Positions 34,606 through 42,558 of a stretch of DNA of 42,558 bases are shown here, piece after piece. The stretch covers positions 1 through 42,558 of IMG/VR virus record IMGVR_UViG_3300021086_000008; one strand, given 5' to 3'. A model generated the notes under the pieces. That model was not told the DNA's origin. It made no database searches and was given only the letters and a program-made list of their open reading frames with translations. The stretch comes from a virus (lineage: Duplodnaviria > Caudoviricetes). The position numbers and the translations under genes are program-made. Numbering within the stretch: the stretch's first letter is position 1; each line of letters starts with the position of its first letter.

Positions 34606-36131
34606 TGGCCGAATTCGCCGCGCCGCAGTTCCAAAATCCCGATCTCATGGCCGCCTATCTGCGTGGGCAGCAAGGCGCGACACAGGCCGCAGCAGCACCG
34701 ATCGAACTCGCCGGTGCGCAGCAGGATCAGCAGTACCGCGGCCTGCAGATGGATCAGTTACGGCAGACCATGCAGAACACGAAGATGTATCAGCAGATTG
34801 CCCAGGGATTGATTACGCCCGATGGCATGCAGCAGCCACAATCTGCGGGTGGTGGCATTCAGAATGGCCCGCAGGGCTCGGTGAGCGCTCAGGAGCCCGG
34901 CAGTTACAACGGCTCCGTTGGTGGATTAAATCCGAACACTCTTCAGGCATTGGCGCTCCTGCGCGGCGATGATCCGTTGAAGACTGCCGAGGGCGTGCAG
35001 AACTATCAGATGCAGCAGAAAAAGCTGCAAATGGCCGGCCCTATGTCATTGGCCGAAACGATCGCGAACAGTCCGCAAGCCGATATGATAGTCAAGAACA
35101 ATCCCGATTTGCAGCAGCGCTGGGTAAAGACGGCGCCGATGCTCGGACTCGATCCTTTCAAGGATCTAACCCCGGAGAATGCGCGAAAAGTAGCCGCGTT
35201 TGGCTATAACAACATGGCATCCCAAGCGGGCCTTCCCCCCAAAGACTTTGGCTTTAGCGGTACGGTGAAACCAGGGGAGGCCGTTTACCAGAATGGCCGG
35301 CTTGTCGCTGGCTCTCCCGATGCGATGACTCCCTACCAGCAACAGGAGCTGCAGTTGCGCAAGCAAGAAGCGGCACTCGCAGATCAGCGGTTTAAGTTCG
35401 AACAGGGGCAGAGCAAGATTCCTTCGGGCTATGAAGTCAATCCGGATGACCCTACGGGGATCCGGCCTATCGCCGGCGGGCCCAAAGACCCCAGTGCGGC
35501 GACTTCTGGTGGTTTGGGCGGGCGTGATGGCGTCATGTTTCAGCGCGTAACCTCGGCCGCGAATGCAGGGGTCAAGGCGATTGAGAACATCGCGGAACTG
35601 CCCATCGCCTCAAGCAGCGGCTGGCTCTCGGGCCGCGGTGAGCCGCACAGTCTCTTTGGCTCGGTCAAGGATGTGCTCGCGCAAAAAGTCACGGGGCAAG
35701 ATGCGCAGACGGTGAATGTCATGTTCTCCGGCCTCTCGCGCAACTTGGCGACCTTAGAGACTGCGGGACTCTCGCCCGGCGGTAGCCTTACGCATTCCCT
35801 GGAAAACCTCAAATTGAACGAGGGTGATACGCAGATGACCAAAATCCGCAAATTGGCGGAAATGCGTCAGATCGTGGAGGAGAACCTATCGCCCAATCTT
35901 GCCAACCCGAAGCTCGCGCCAACTCAAAAAGAACTGGTGCAAAACATCATCACCAAAGTGCAAAAGGCGGTCCCCTTCACGCAGCACGATGTGACGCAAT
36001 TCGAATCCTCCAAGAATCCGCGCGCGACCATTATGGATTTTGCCAAGTCCTCCGGTGTTCAGGCGCAAGCCGATAAGAACTCGGGTACTCATCCCCCTGA
36101 GATTCAAGATCTCATTGCCAAGTACAAATGA
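34605..36131 (+). CDS. DNA ejection protein (gp20 position)
   Basis: Gln-rich, helical; IPSGYE...IAGGP.DP motif; synteny. Confidence 0.7.
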   Translation: MAEFAAPQFQNPDLMAAYLRGQQGATQAAAAPIELAGAQQDQQYRGLQMDQLRQTMQNTKMYQQIAQGLITPDGMQQPQSAGGGIQNGPQGSVSAQEPGSYNGSVGGLNPNTLQALALLRGDDPLKTAEGVQNYQMQQKKLQMAGPMSLAETIANSPQADMIVKNNPDLQQRWVKTAPMLGLDPFKDLTPENARKVAAFGYNNMASQAGLPPKDFGFSGTVKPGEAVYQNGRLVAGSPDAMTPYQQQELQLRKQEAALADQRFKFEQGQSKIPSGYEVNPDDPTGIRPIAGGPKDPSAATSGGLGGRDGVMFQRVTSAANAGVKAIENIAELPIASSSGWLSGRGEPHSLFGSVKDVLAQKVTGQDAQTVNVMFSGLSRNLATLETAGLSPGGSLTHSLENLKLNEGDTQMTKIRKLAEMRQIVEENLSPNLANPKLAPTQKELVQNIITKVQKAVPFTQHDVTQFESSKNPRATIMDFAKSSGVQAQADKNSGTHPPEIQDLIAKYK

Positions 36132-38020
36132 GCGATCTGACTGACGTTTATACCGCGCTCAAGAATGCGGATGCCGCTGGCGATGTCGAATCGGCGCGTA
36201 AACTTGCCTCCTATTTGAAAACGCAGAGCGATACTTCGAGACCCAAATTAGGCAACAACGTCGTATTGGCTGATGGCACACGCGTTCCAGTCGGTTCCCC
36301 GCAAGCAATGGCGGCCAATAGCCCGGTTTCCGAAAGCGGCTTTCAGAACTTCTTGGCCGGAGCCGGGAAAGCAAGCATGGATCTCGTGCGTGGGGCAGGT
36401 CAAACCATGGGTCTCGTCTCACGCGCCGACGTGGCCGAATCACGTAAATACGATGCGCCCCTCATGGATACCGGCGCTGGTAAGGCCGGCATGATCGCAG
36501 GCACGGTGGCCGATCTATTGCCGGCCGCCTTCATCCCCGGTGCCAACACGCTCGCGGGCGCCGGCGCCATTGGCGCGGGAACTGGCCTTTTGCAGCCTTC
36601 CACCAGCACGGGTGAGACGCTTACCAATACCGGGGTAGGTGCGGTTGCAGGACCCGCTGGCATTGCCGCCGGCCGCGCCCTCGGCATTGGCTATAACACG
36701 CTCAAGTCGACGGTACAGCCGTTCTTCAATAGCGGTCAGGATGCGATCGCCGCCCGTACCTTGCAGACCTTTGCGGGCGCTAATGGAGCGGTCAGCGATG
36801 CATTGCAGAACATCGCCACCAACAATCGCAACGTGCTGCCGGGTGTTCAGCCCACCACTGCGGAACTCGCCAACAATGCAGGTCTCGCTCAGCTCGAACG
36901 GCAACTCTCGATCAACCCAGACATGCTGCAGCAGATGACCGCGCGCACGCAGGCGAATCGCGGTGCGATGACGGGGGCTCTTGCTGACATTGCCGGAAAT
37001 CCCGCCGATATGCAGGCCGCTAAGGACGCGAGGACGGCGATCACCGTACCCCTCTATGATGCAGCCTCTCAAGCCCAAGTGACCGCAGATCCGGCCTTAA
37101 ATGCGCTCCTACAGCGGCCATCAATGCAAAGCGCCATGACGCGCGCGCAAACCTTGGCTGCCGAGCGCGGCGATGTCGTGGGGCTTCCGGGCGCCTCTCT
37201 CTCCTCGAACCCCTATGTGACCGCTCCCGTCGCGCAGACCACCTTCAACGGCAAGAACATCCAATACCTGAAGATGGCCCTAAACGATATGGCGAATTCC
37301 GGTCCCCAGATGGGCATGGGTGCGCATGAAGTGGGGGCGGTCAAGGGGACTTTGGGCTCTTTCAATGCTTGGACGCAGGCGAACGTTCCGGAACTGCGCG
37401 CAGCCGATGCGGCCTATGCGAGCGCTTCCAAACCGATCAATCAGATGGAAATCGGCCAGCAATTGGCGAATAAGTTGAATCCCGCCTTGAGCGATTTTGG
37501 CGCCGTGCCACGCTTGAATGCCAATTCGTTTGCGCAAGGGGTGCGGAACGGCGATGCCATTGCCGCCGATGTCACCGGCAACAAATTAGCGACATTGGCC
37601 GGCACGTTGAGTTCCGACCAAATGACGACCATCAATCAGATCGGCGAGCAGCTCGCGCGGCGGGCGAATGCGGCCGATCTGGGGCGCGCGACAGGATCGA
37701 ATACGGCGCAGAACTTGGTGAGCCAGAACATGCTGCGCCAGATCATGGGCCCGATGGGACTTCCAGAATCCTGGAGTGAAGGGGTAGCGAAAAACACGCT
37801 CATGCAAACTCTCATGCGCCCGGCGCAGTTCATTGCGAAAGGCGGTGAGGAGAAAGTCCTATCGAAGGTGAGCGCGGCTGCATTGAACCCCATCGAAGCG
37901 CAACGACTCTTGCAGATGGGTATTGACCCAAATGTTGCTAAAGCGATTTGGGCGCGGCAGGGCCTATTTGGCACCTTGGGGTCTTCCTCGGGACTTCTAG
38001 GATATTCGGCGCAGCAATAG
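36128..38020 (+). CDS. DNA ejection protein (gp16 position)
   Basis: ALKNADAAGD...AR.LA N-terminus, Gly/Ala-rich membrane-like segment, GSNTAQNL motif; synteny. Confidence 0.75.
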   Translation: MSDLTDVYTALKNADAAGDVESARKLASYLKTQSDTSRPKLGNNVVLADGTRVPVGSPQAMAANSPVSESGFQNFLAGAGKASMDLVRGAGQTMGLVSRADVAESRKYDAPLMDTGAGKAGMIAGTVADLLPAAFIPGANTLAGAGAIGAGTGLLQPSTSTGETLTNTGVGAVAGPAGIAAGRALGIGYNTLKSTVQPFFNSGQDAIAARTLQTFAGANGAVSDALQNIATNNRNVLPGVQPTTAELANNAGLAQLERQLSINPDMLQQMTARTQANRGAMTGALADIAGNPADMQAAKDARTAITVPLYDAASQAQVTADPALNALLQRPSMQSAMTRAQTLAAERGDVVGLPGASLSSNPYVTAPVAQTTFNGKNIQYLKMALNDMANSGPQMGMGAHEVGAVKGTLGSFNAWTQANVPELRAADAAYASASKPINQMEIGQQLANKLNPALSDFGAVPRLNANSFAQGVRNGDAIAADVTGNKLATLAGTLSSDQMTTINQIGEQLARRANAADLGRATGSNTAQNLVSQNMLRQIMGPMGLPESWSEGVAKNTLMQTLMRPAQFIAKGGEEKVLSKVSAAALNPIEAQRLLQMGIDPNVAKAIWARQGLFGTLGSSSGLLGYSAQQ

Positions 38021-38131
38021 TTTCTTCAGTTTCCCGCCTTTCATTTTTCGCTGAACCCATCGTTTGGCAGGCGTCAGGACGCCTATCGATAACGCGAGCA
38101 GCGCGAAGGGCTTGAGCACCATCGCGATCAT
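37997..38131 (-). CDS. 44-aa antisense amphipathic membrane peptide
   Basis: Manual translation MIAMVLKPFALLALSIGVLTPAKRWVQRKMKGGKLKKLLLRRIS*; fills the gap between ejection gene and tailspike. Confidence 0.55.
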   Translation of the reverse strand: MIAMVLKPFALLALSIGVLTPAKRWVQRKMKGGKLKKLLLRRIS

Positions 38132-38141
38132 AAAGGTAGAT

Positions 38142-39983
38142 ATGACAGCACCATTCCTTTTTCAGCCTCTGTTCCGTCAATTCGACAGCGCTGGCTTGCC
38201 GGCGGCCGGATACCGATTATGGACTTTCGCCGCGGGCACAACTACTCCAAAAGCCACCTATTCGGATGCGGCGGGGACTGTCCCAAACTCTAATCCGGTA
38301 GTGCTCGATACGACCGGCTCGGCCACGATTCGCTTAGGGACGGGTAGCTATAATCTGGTGTTTCGTGATCCCACAGACGTTACCACGATTTGGTCGGAAG
38401 ATGACTACCAATCACCCTATCTCGCCGCGGCCGATATCGGGGCAGCCCTGTATCCGCAGACCGATGCCGAACTCGCCGCTATGGTGACACCCACCAATTA
38501 TGTCTATCCGCCCGGCGCCTTTCGCCGCTATGGAATTCTGCCGACTGTCACCGACTGCGGGCCTTTGTTGAATCAGGCGCTATCCTGCAATTCGGTGGTA
38601 TATGACGATGACCGGAGCGGCCCGAATGTTTTTTTCATTCAAACGACCGTGCGTTTTCAAGCAGATGGTCAGCGTTTGGACGGCATGGGTGGGGGTGAGT
38701 CAGGGGTCGTTGCCAAAACCATGGCGCGTACGCGCTTGCAATGGACCGGATCTGCCGGGGGCACGCTCATATCGTTCTATAATCCAGGCGCCGCACCCGC
38801 CCAACACTTCTCCGATTGCATCATCAGCAATCTGCAAATCGATGGGAATGCGCTCGCGAGCATCGGAGTGGAAGGCTACAACGCAGCGGTGACGAGTGGC
38901 GCGTTTCGCAATCGTTTTGAAGGCGTTGGGATTATCAACGTCACCAACGGTGCGACTCCCTATGGCGCCTTCATGGGCAGCGGCACAATCAATGCCAACT
39001 CCAATGATTATAGATTCTACAACTGCTTTTTCCAGAATTGCACCAATGGGCTCATTGGCGGCGGGGCAACTCAGGGGCTCTATAGCACTACGTTTTCTGG
39101 ATGTACCGGGGTTGCGCTCACCTTGACCACCGGCGGCTATTGCGTTACCGATCAATGTGTATTCTCGACCAACGGCTGGGATATAAAAACTAATGCCGGC
39201 TGCTATTTGATTGAGAAAGGTAGTTGGTTCGAGGACTCGACTAACGGTATTTATCAGGCGAACACCTCACATTCGCTGTCGATGTATGGCTCTCGATTGC
39301 ATACATCCAACGCCACCGTTTTAATTGACTATCAGCATGCGGCGGGGGATGTAACAATCATCGGCTGCTATTTGGGGCCTACCTCGGTGACGGGTAATGT
39401 CGTCAATCATAACACTGCCTCCGAGTACAATTATTCAGGCTCGACCATTACGCCTGATTTTGGATATAGGCAACGTATGCTCTATACCGGCGCGGGGCAG
39501 ATGGGTCTCGCGCGTATCGACAACGCTGGCTTTCTGGTGACTCTCACGGCAGCAGCAACGGCCGCCACCGGCGATGGTACGATAGCCAATTTAAGCGCCT
39601 CCGCCGTCACCAAAGCATATGACTGGAATGGCGCAGTCAACGCGGCCACGGGAGTCTTCACAGCGCCGGTGAGCGGACCTTACACCTTCACTGTGCGCTT
39701 TTCGCTGAGCGGCGTGCTGGTAGGGCACACTCTGGGTGTCATCTTCTTGAACGTCAGTGGCACCAGCGCGCAAATCTACGAAGTGGGCCCGCGCTTCTCA
39801 CCGGGTGCTGTCAAGGACAGTGCGGGATTCGTGGATATGGAAGGCAGCATCACGACCTTTTTGACCGCGGGTGATTTGGCCTATCCCTCAGTCCAAGTGT
39901 CGGGTTCCACCAAGGTTATTCAGATCAATGCGGGGGGGCCCGGCCTTAACTATCAAACCAGGTTCTCTGGGAAATTAGCGTAA
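38142..39983 (+). CDS. Tailspike (head-binding N-terminus, beta-helix, C1q-like C-terminus)
   Basis: QF.D..G.P.AG..L.T.AAGTTTP.ATY.D..G...NSNPVVLD..G N-terminus; beta-helix repeats; ATGVFTAPVSG.Y.F; AAAGGT RBS. Confidence 0.88.
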   Translation: MTAPFLFQPLFRQFDSAGLPAAGYRLWTFAAGTTTPKATYSDAAGTVPNSNPVVLDTTGSATIRLGTGSYNLVFRDPTDVTTIWSEDDYQSPYLAAADIGAALYPQTDAELAAMVTPTNYVYPPGAFRRYGILPTVTDCGPLLNQALSCNSVVYDDDRSGPNVFFIQTTVRFQADGQRLDGMGGGESGVVAKTMARTRLQWTGSAGGTLISFYNPGAAPAQHFSDCIISNLQIDGNALASIGVEGYNAAVTSGAFRNRFEGVGIINVTNGATPYGAFMGSGTINANSNDYRFYNCFFQNCTNGLIGGGATQGLYSTTFSGCTGVALTLTTGGYCVTDQCVFSTNGWDIKTNAGCYLIEKGSWFEDSTNGIYQANTSHSLSMYGSRLHTSNATVLIDYQHAAGDVTIIGCYLGPTSVTGNVVNHNTASEYNYSGSTITPDFGYRQRMLYTGAGQMGLARIDNAGFLVTLTAAATAATGDGTIANLSASAVTKAYDWNGAVNAATGVFTAPVSGPYTFTVRFSLSGVLVGHTLGVIFLNVSGTSAQIYEVGPRFSPGAVKDSAGFVDMEGSITTFLTAGDLAYPSVQVSGSTKVIQINAGGPGLNYQTRFSGKLA

Positions 39984-39993
39984 AGGAGCATCC

Positions 39994-40086
39994 ATGGAAC
40001 CCATCGGCTGGTTTGAACGTAATTTAAACTACATCGTGGCCGTTGCCTGCTTTGTGCTGGGCGCGATCGTGGGGCATTTGGTGTGA
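39994..40086 (+). CDS. 30-aa single-TM peptide (possible lysis accessory)
   Basis: AAGGAG RBS; MEPIGWFERNLNYIVAVACFVLGAIVGHLV*; GTGA overlap with the endolysin. Confidence 0.6.
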   Translation: MEPIGWFERNLNYIVAVACFVLGAIVGHLV

Positions 40087-40571
40087 CGCCAAACGTTTCA
40101 GCGTTCCTCGCAACCATTCGCCATAGCGAAGGCACCGACCGCGCGGCCGATCCCTACCGCGTTGTATTTGGCTACAAGCACACCATTGTCAACCTCTCGG
40201 GTCATCCGACGAGTACCGGCGAATGGATGGGCGAGCCGCTAGCGGATGCGATGTGTATCGCCGCTGGGTTGAATCCACCATGCAAGTCAACCGCAGCCGG
40301 TGCGTACCAAATCACGCATTCCACGTGGGAGGGCCTTAAAGCCATCCTGAAGTTATCGGACTTCACCGGGCCATCGCAGGATGATGCGGCCATTCAGCTC
40401 ATCAAGAATAAGCATGCGCTCGATCTGGTGTTCGCCGGACGAGTGGCGGATGCGATTACCGCGTGCCGGGGCATATGGGCTAGCCTGCCAGGGTCGAACG
40501 TGGGGCAGCCGACTCGCACCTTTACCGACCTCATTAATATCTATGCCAGTAATGGCGGGACATTCGCGTGA
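40083..40571 (+). CDS. Endolysin, lambda R-like lytic transglycosylase (GH104)
   Basis: NV.AFL..IR.SEGT...STAAGAYQI...TW...DF...SQD.AA..LI...WASLPG. Confidence 0.92.
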   Translation: MTPNVSAFLATIRHSEGTDRAADPYRVVFGYKHTIVNLSGHPTSTGEWMGEPLADAMCIAAGLNPPCKSTAAGAYQITHSTWEGLKAILKLSDFTGPSQDDAAIQLIKNKHALDLVFAGRVADAITACRGIWASLPGSNVGQPTRTFTDLINIYASNGGTFA

Positions 40572-40575
40572 GGCT

Positions 40576-40959
40576 TTGGAGCATAAGCCCGACTTTGAAT
40601 CAACCACCGCCATCCTCAAACGCCGCGCCCCTGGCTTTGCGTGGCTACCCTCTATCCTCCGAAAGCGACTCACTCCAGCCGCGCTCTGGAGTGCGATCAT
40701 GGCCTTAGCCATGGCGATTGGCTACGTGCTCAATGCCCAGCATGAGATTCACCGGGCCAATGAGGATATCGAGCGACTCAGCGATTCAGTCACCGAGCTG
40801 CAGAAAGAGCGCGAACTGCTCCATAAGATCGATACACAGTTGGCGGTGATGGCTAGCCAAATCAGTAGCATTGCGTCCGAAGTCGACCGCCAGCGTGAAT
40901 GGCGGGAGCGGATCGAAGACGTTGCAGAGAGCCCACCGCATGCGAGACGACGCCATTGA
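40576..40959 (+). CDS. TM plus coiled-coil lysis-module protein (holin- or i-spanin-like)
   Basis: ALWSAIMALAMAIGYVL TM followed by heptads; TTG start assumed. Confidence 0.55.
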   Translation: MEHKPDFESTTAILKRRAPGFAWLPSILRKRLTPAALWSAIMALAMAIGYVLNAQHEIHRANEDIERLSDSVTELQKERELLHKIDTQLAVMASQISSIASEVDRQREWRERIEDVAESPPHARRRH

Positions 40960-41171
40960 ATGAACCGACCAAGGAACAGACCCCCGAGGAACTCAGAAAG
41001 GAGGCCGCCGAATTGCTGCAGTTCGTGAAAAACATGCTGAGCGGCATGCTGATCGAAATGAAAGGCGCGAACCGCCGGCATATGGATGCGAGTGACTTTA
41101 CGATCAACGAATTTCGCCGTCTCTCCGATGCCCTCGAGCGCATGGCCGCCCAATTCGAGAAACGCAAATGA
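40956..41171 (+). CDS. Hypothetical protein
   Basis: TTGA and ATGA coupling. Confidence 0.55.
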   Translation: MNEPTKEQTPEELRKEAAELLQFVKNMLSGMLIEMKGANRRHMDASDFTINEFRRLSDALERMAAQFEKRK

Positions 41172-41692
41172 CCTTCGGACAAAAAGCGCTCCAGATCTTG
41201 AAAACCGTGGCCCCTACGCTCGCTCTCGGGGCACTGGGGCCGTTTGGGCCGCTAGCCGCTGGGTTGCTATCATCCGCCCTGGGAACGCCTGCTGGCGACG
41301 ATAAGGCAGCGGAGACGGCTCTCCTTGGCGCAAATCCCGACCAACTACTGGCACTCAGAAAGGCCGAGAACGATTTCCAGATCCAGATTAAGCAGTTGGG
41401 GATAGACGAGGAGAAGCTCTCCTTCGATGACACGGCCAGTGCTCGAACGCGCGAAATGTCAGTCAAAGACTGGACGCCGCGCATTATTGCCTACCTCGTC
41501 ATTGTACTTGTGATGATGGCCGAAGGGAGTATGTTCGTGGTCGGCCAGCCGCATGGCATCGATGGCGTGGTGTTGGGCCGAATCCTCGGCACATTGGATT
41601 CCGCTCTAATGCTCGTGCTCGGCTATTATTTCGGATCCTCCGCAGGATCGGCAGATAAGACCGAAGCCATCAATAAGATGATTGCCAAGTGA
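41168..41692 (+). CDS. Holin-like membrane protein (3TM/GTA-holin-like)
   Basis: VAPTLA.AL.GP...D.ASAR.RE....DWTP..TM..TM..YYFGSSAGS..K. Confidence 0.8.
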   Translation: MTFGQKALQILKTVAPTLALGALGPFGPLAAGLLSSALGTPAGDDKAAETALLGANPDQLLALRKAENDFQIQIKQLGIDEEKLSFDDTASARTREMSVKDWTPRIIAYLVIVLVMMAEGSMFVVGQPHGIDGVVLGRILGTLDSALMLVLGYYFGSSAGSADKTEAINKMIAK

Positions 41693-41717
41693 GATGCCTG
41701 GGGTTTATGGTTATAAC

Positions 41718-41888
41718 TCATTTGTCGACGTCAAGATTGCTCGCGCAGACATAACCGCCGCTCCATTTTCGCACGTAGGTGCCGCCACGGTCCTCGCAGT
41801 TCACCGCCCGACTGTGTAGGTGCCAATAAAAGGCCACGACGACCATCAATGCCAACAAGGCGATAGCCCATTGCAGCCGCTCACTCAC
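41718..41888 (-). CDS. 56-aa membrane-anchored protein, last gene of the leftward arm
   Basis: MSERLQWAIALLALMVVVAFYW...CEDRGGTYVR...YVC; GTGA coupling. Confidence 0.6.
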   Translation of the reverse strand: MSERLQWAIALLALMVVVAFYWHLHSRAVNCEDRGGTYVRKWSGGYVCASNLDVDK

Positions 41889-42190
41889 TTGGGCGCCGCT
41901 GCGGCATCAGAGGTAGAGCGTTTCATAATGCTGAATACCATGGTCGAGAGGTCATAGCCGCGTCTCTCAAGTTCCTGTGCGAGCGGCTGGAGGTTGTCCG
42001 CTGTGCGAGTGAAATACCAGCACATCAGATGCCCGTCAGGCTTACCAACGCCTTCGCCGCGAGCGAACACGACATCAGGCGCTATAGCACCACCACGCCA
42101 TGAGAGACCACAGCCCAACGCCCAACCATGCATGGCCTTTATGTTGCGGTGGATCGAACGCAGTGATAGCCATCGATATGGCCATCCCAC
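41885..42190 (-). CDS. Hypothetical protein (start uncertain)
   Basis: C-terminal ELERRGYDLST..FSI.K looks protein-like; N-terminus overlaps another ORF. Confidence 0.5.
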   Translation of the reverse strand: MGWPYRWLSLRSIHRNIKAMHGWALGCGLSWRGGAIAPDVVFARGEGVGKPDGHLMCWYFTRTADNLQPLAQELERRGYDLSTMVFSIMKRSTSDAAAAPK

Positions 42191-42218
42191 ATAAGATGTA
42201 CCGCCAGCGGCTATCCAT
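42075..42218 (-). CDS. Small two-TM protein
   Basis: MDSRWRYILCGMAISMAITAF...AWLGVGLWSLMAWW; 8-nt overlap start. Confidence 0.45.
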   Translation of the reverse strand: MDSRWRYILCGMAISMAITAFDPPQHKGHAWLGVGLWSLMAWWCYSA

Positions 42219-42384
42219 GCTTCTCGTCTCCGCTGTTCGCTGAATCCTCAATGGCGTGTTTGGCAGCCTCACGCACTAGCTCCATTGCGTTCTTCGTGGC
42301 GATGGGTACTGCTCCGACCAGCTTGTTTGGAAACTGCGCCAGTTGACGATCAATCGCCGCAATGAACGCCTCGAATTCGGTCAC
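42211..42384 (-). CDS. Hypothetical protein
   Basis: GAGGAGG RBS, GTG start overlapping the stop of the junction-spanning gene. Confidence 0.6.
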   Translation of the reverse strand: MTEFEAFIAAIDRQLAQFPNKLVGAVPIATKNAMELVREAAKHAIEDSANSGDEKHG

Positions 42385-42421
42385 TTCACCCCTCCTCTGT
42401 TCGTAGAGCGGCCCCATCCTT

Positions 42422-42558
42422 CGGCGCAACGCATGCTTTCTACCTGGTACTCGGCAGAGTCAGGCAGCGGCCCGAAGTACTGGAATAGGCCCTTAGCGTC
42501 AGGGTCGATCTTCGGCAGATCGTTTGGCATGGAGAACGACAGGAAGCTCACGGAGTCG
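42422..42558. repeat. Terminal direct repeat, right copy
   Basis: 135/137 identical to 1-137. Confidence 0.95.

Noticed and set aside
11865-39983. Diversity-generating retroelement or invertible tail-fibre switch
   Set aside because: No reverse transcriptase or invertase motifs, and I saw no adenine-mismatched template/variable repeat pair
41693-41717. Possible attP site or terminator at the operon convergence (GTTATAAC palindrome)
   Set aside because: No integrase, no clear hairpin, and too short to support a call
1-42558. tRNA genes, CRISPR arrays, IS elements, introns or inteins
   Set aside because: None recognised by eye; tRNAscan-SE and Infernal would be needed to exclude them fully

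Overview
The window looks like a complete, circularly assembled genome (about 42,421 bp plus a 137-bp terminal overlap) of a tailed dsDNA phage with a podovirus, P22-like virion. A leftward early arm (7115 down to 1, wrapping to 41718) holds about 25 small genes, including Bet, NinB and a DUF1364-like nuclease. A divergent control region carries a lone Cro-like repressor; I see no CI, integrase, exonuclease, helicase, primase or polymerase. The rightward middle operon has a short replication-initiator-like protein preceded by about 350 nt of highly structured non-coding sequence, then a HAD phosphatase, a C5 DNA methyltransferase, VRR-NUC and Q. The late operon runs: adhesin/depolymerase-like genes, terminases, portal, scaffold, major capsid, P22-like gp4/gp10/gp26/gp14/gp7/gp20/gp16 equivalents, tailspike, lysis. 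Best candidates for new biology: (1) a FlmG-like TPR-glycosyltransferase, a methyltransferase and a GT-A glycosyltransferase embedded next to a capsid protein with a Thr-rich loop (virion O-glycosylation); (2) the structured RNA-like element where the initiator's DNA-binding half/origin would be; (3) Sec- and Tat-signal proteins between terminase and portal, one an SGNH enzyme with Cys replacing the catalytic Ser. All family calls come from motif recognition by eye, not database searches.
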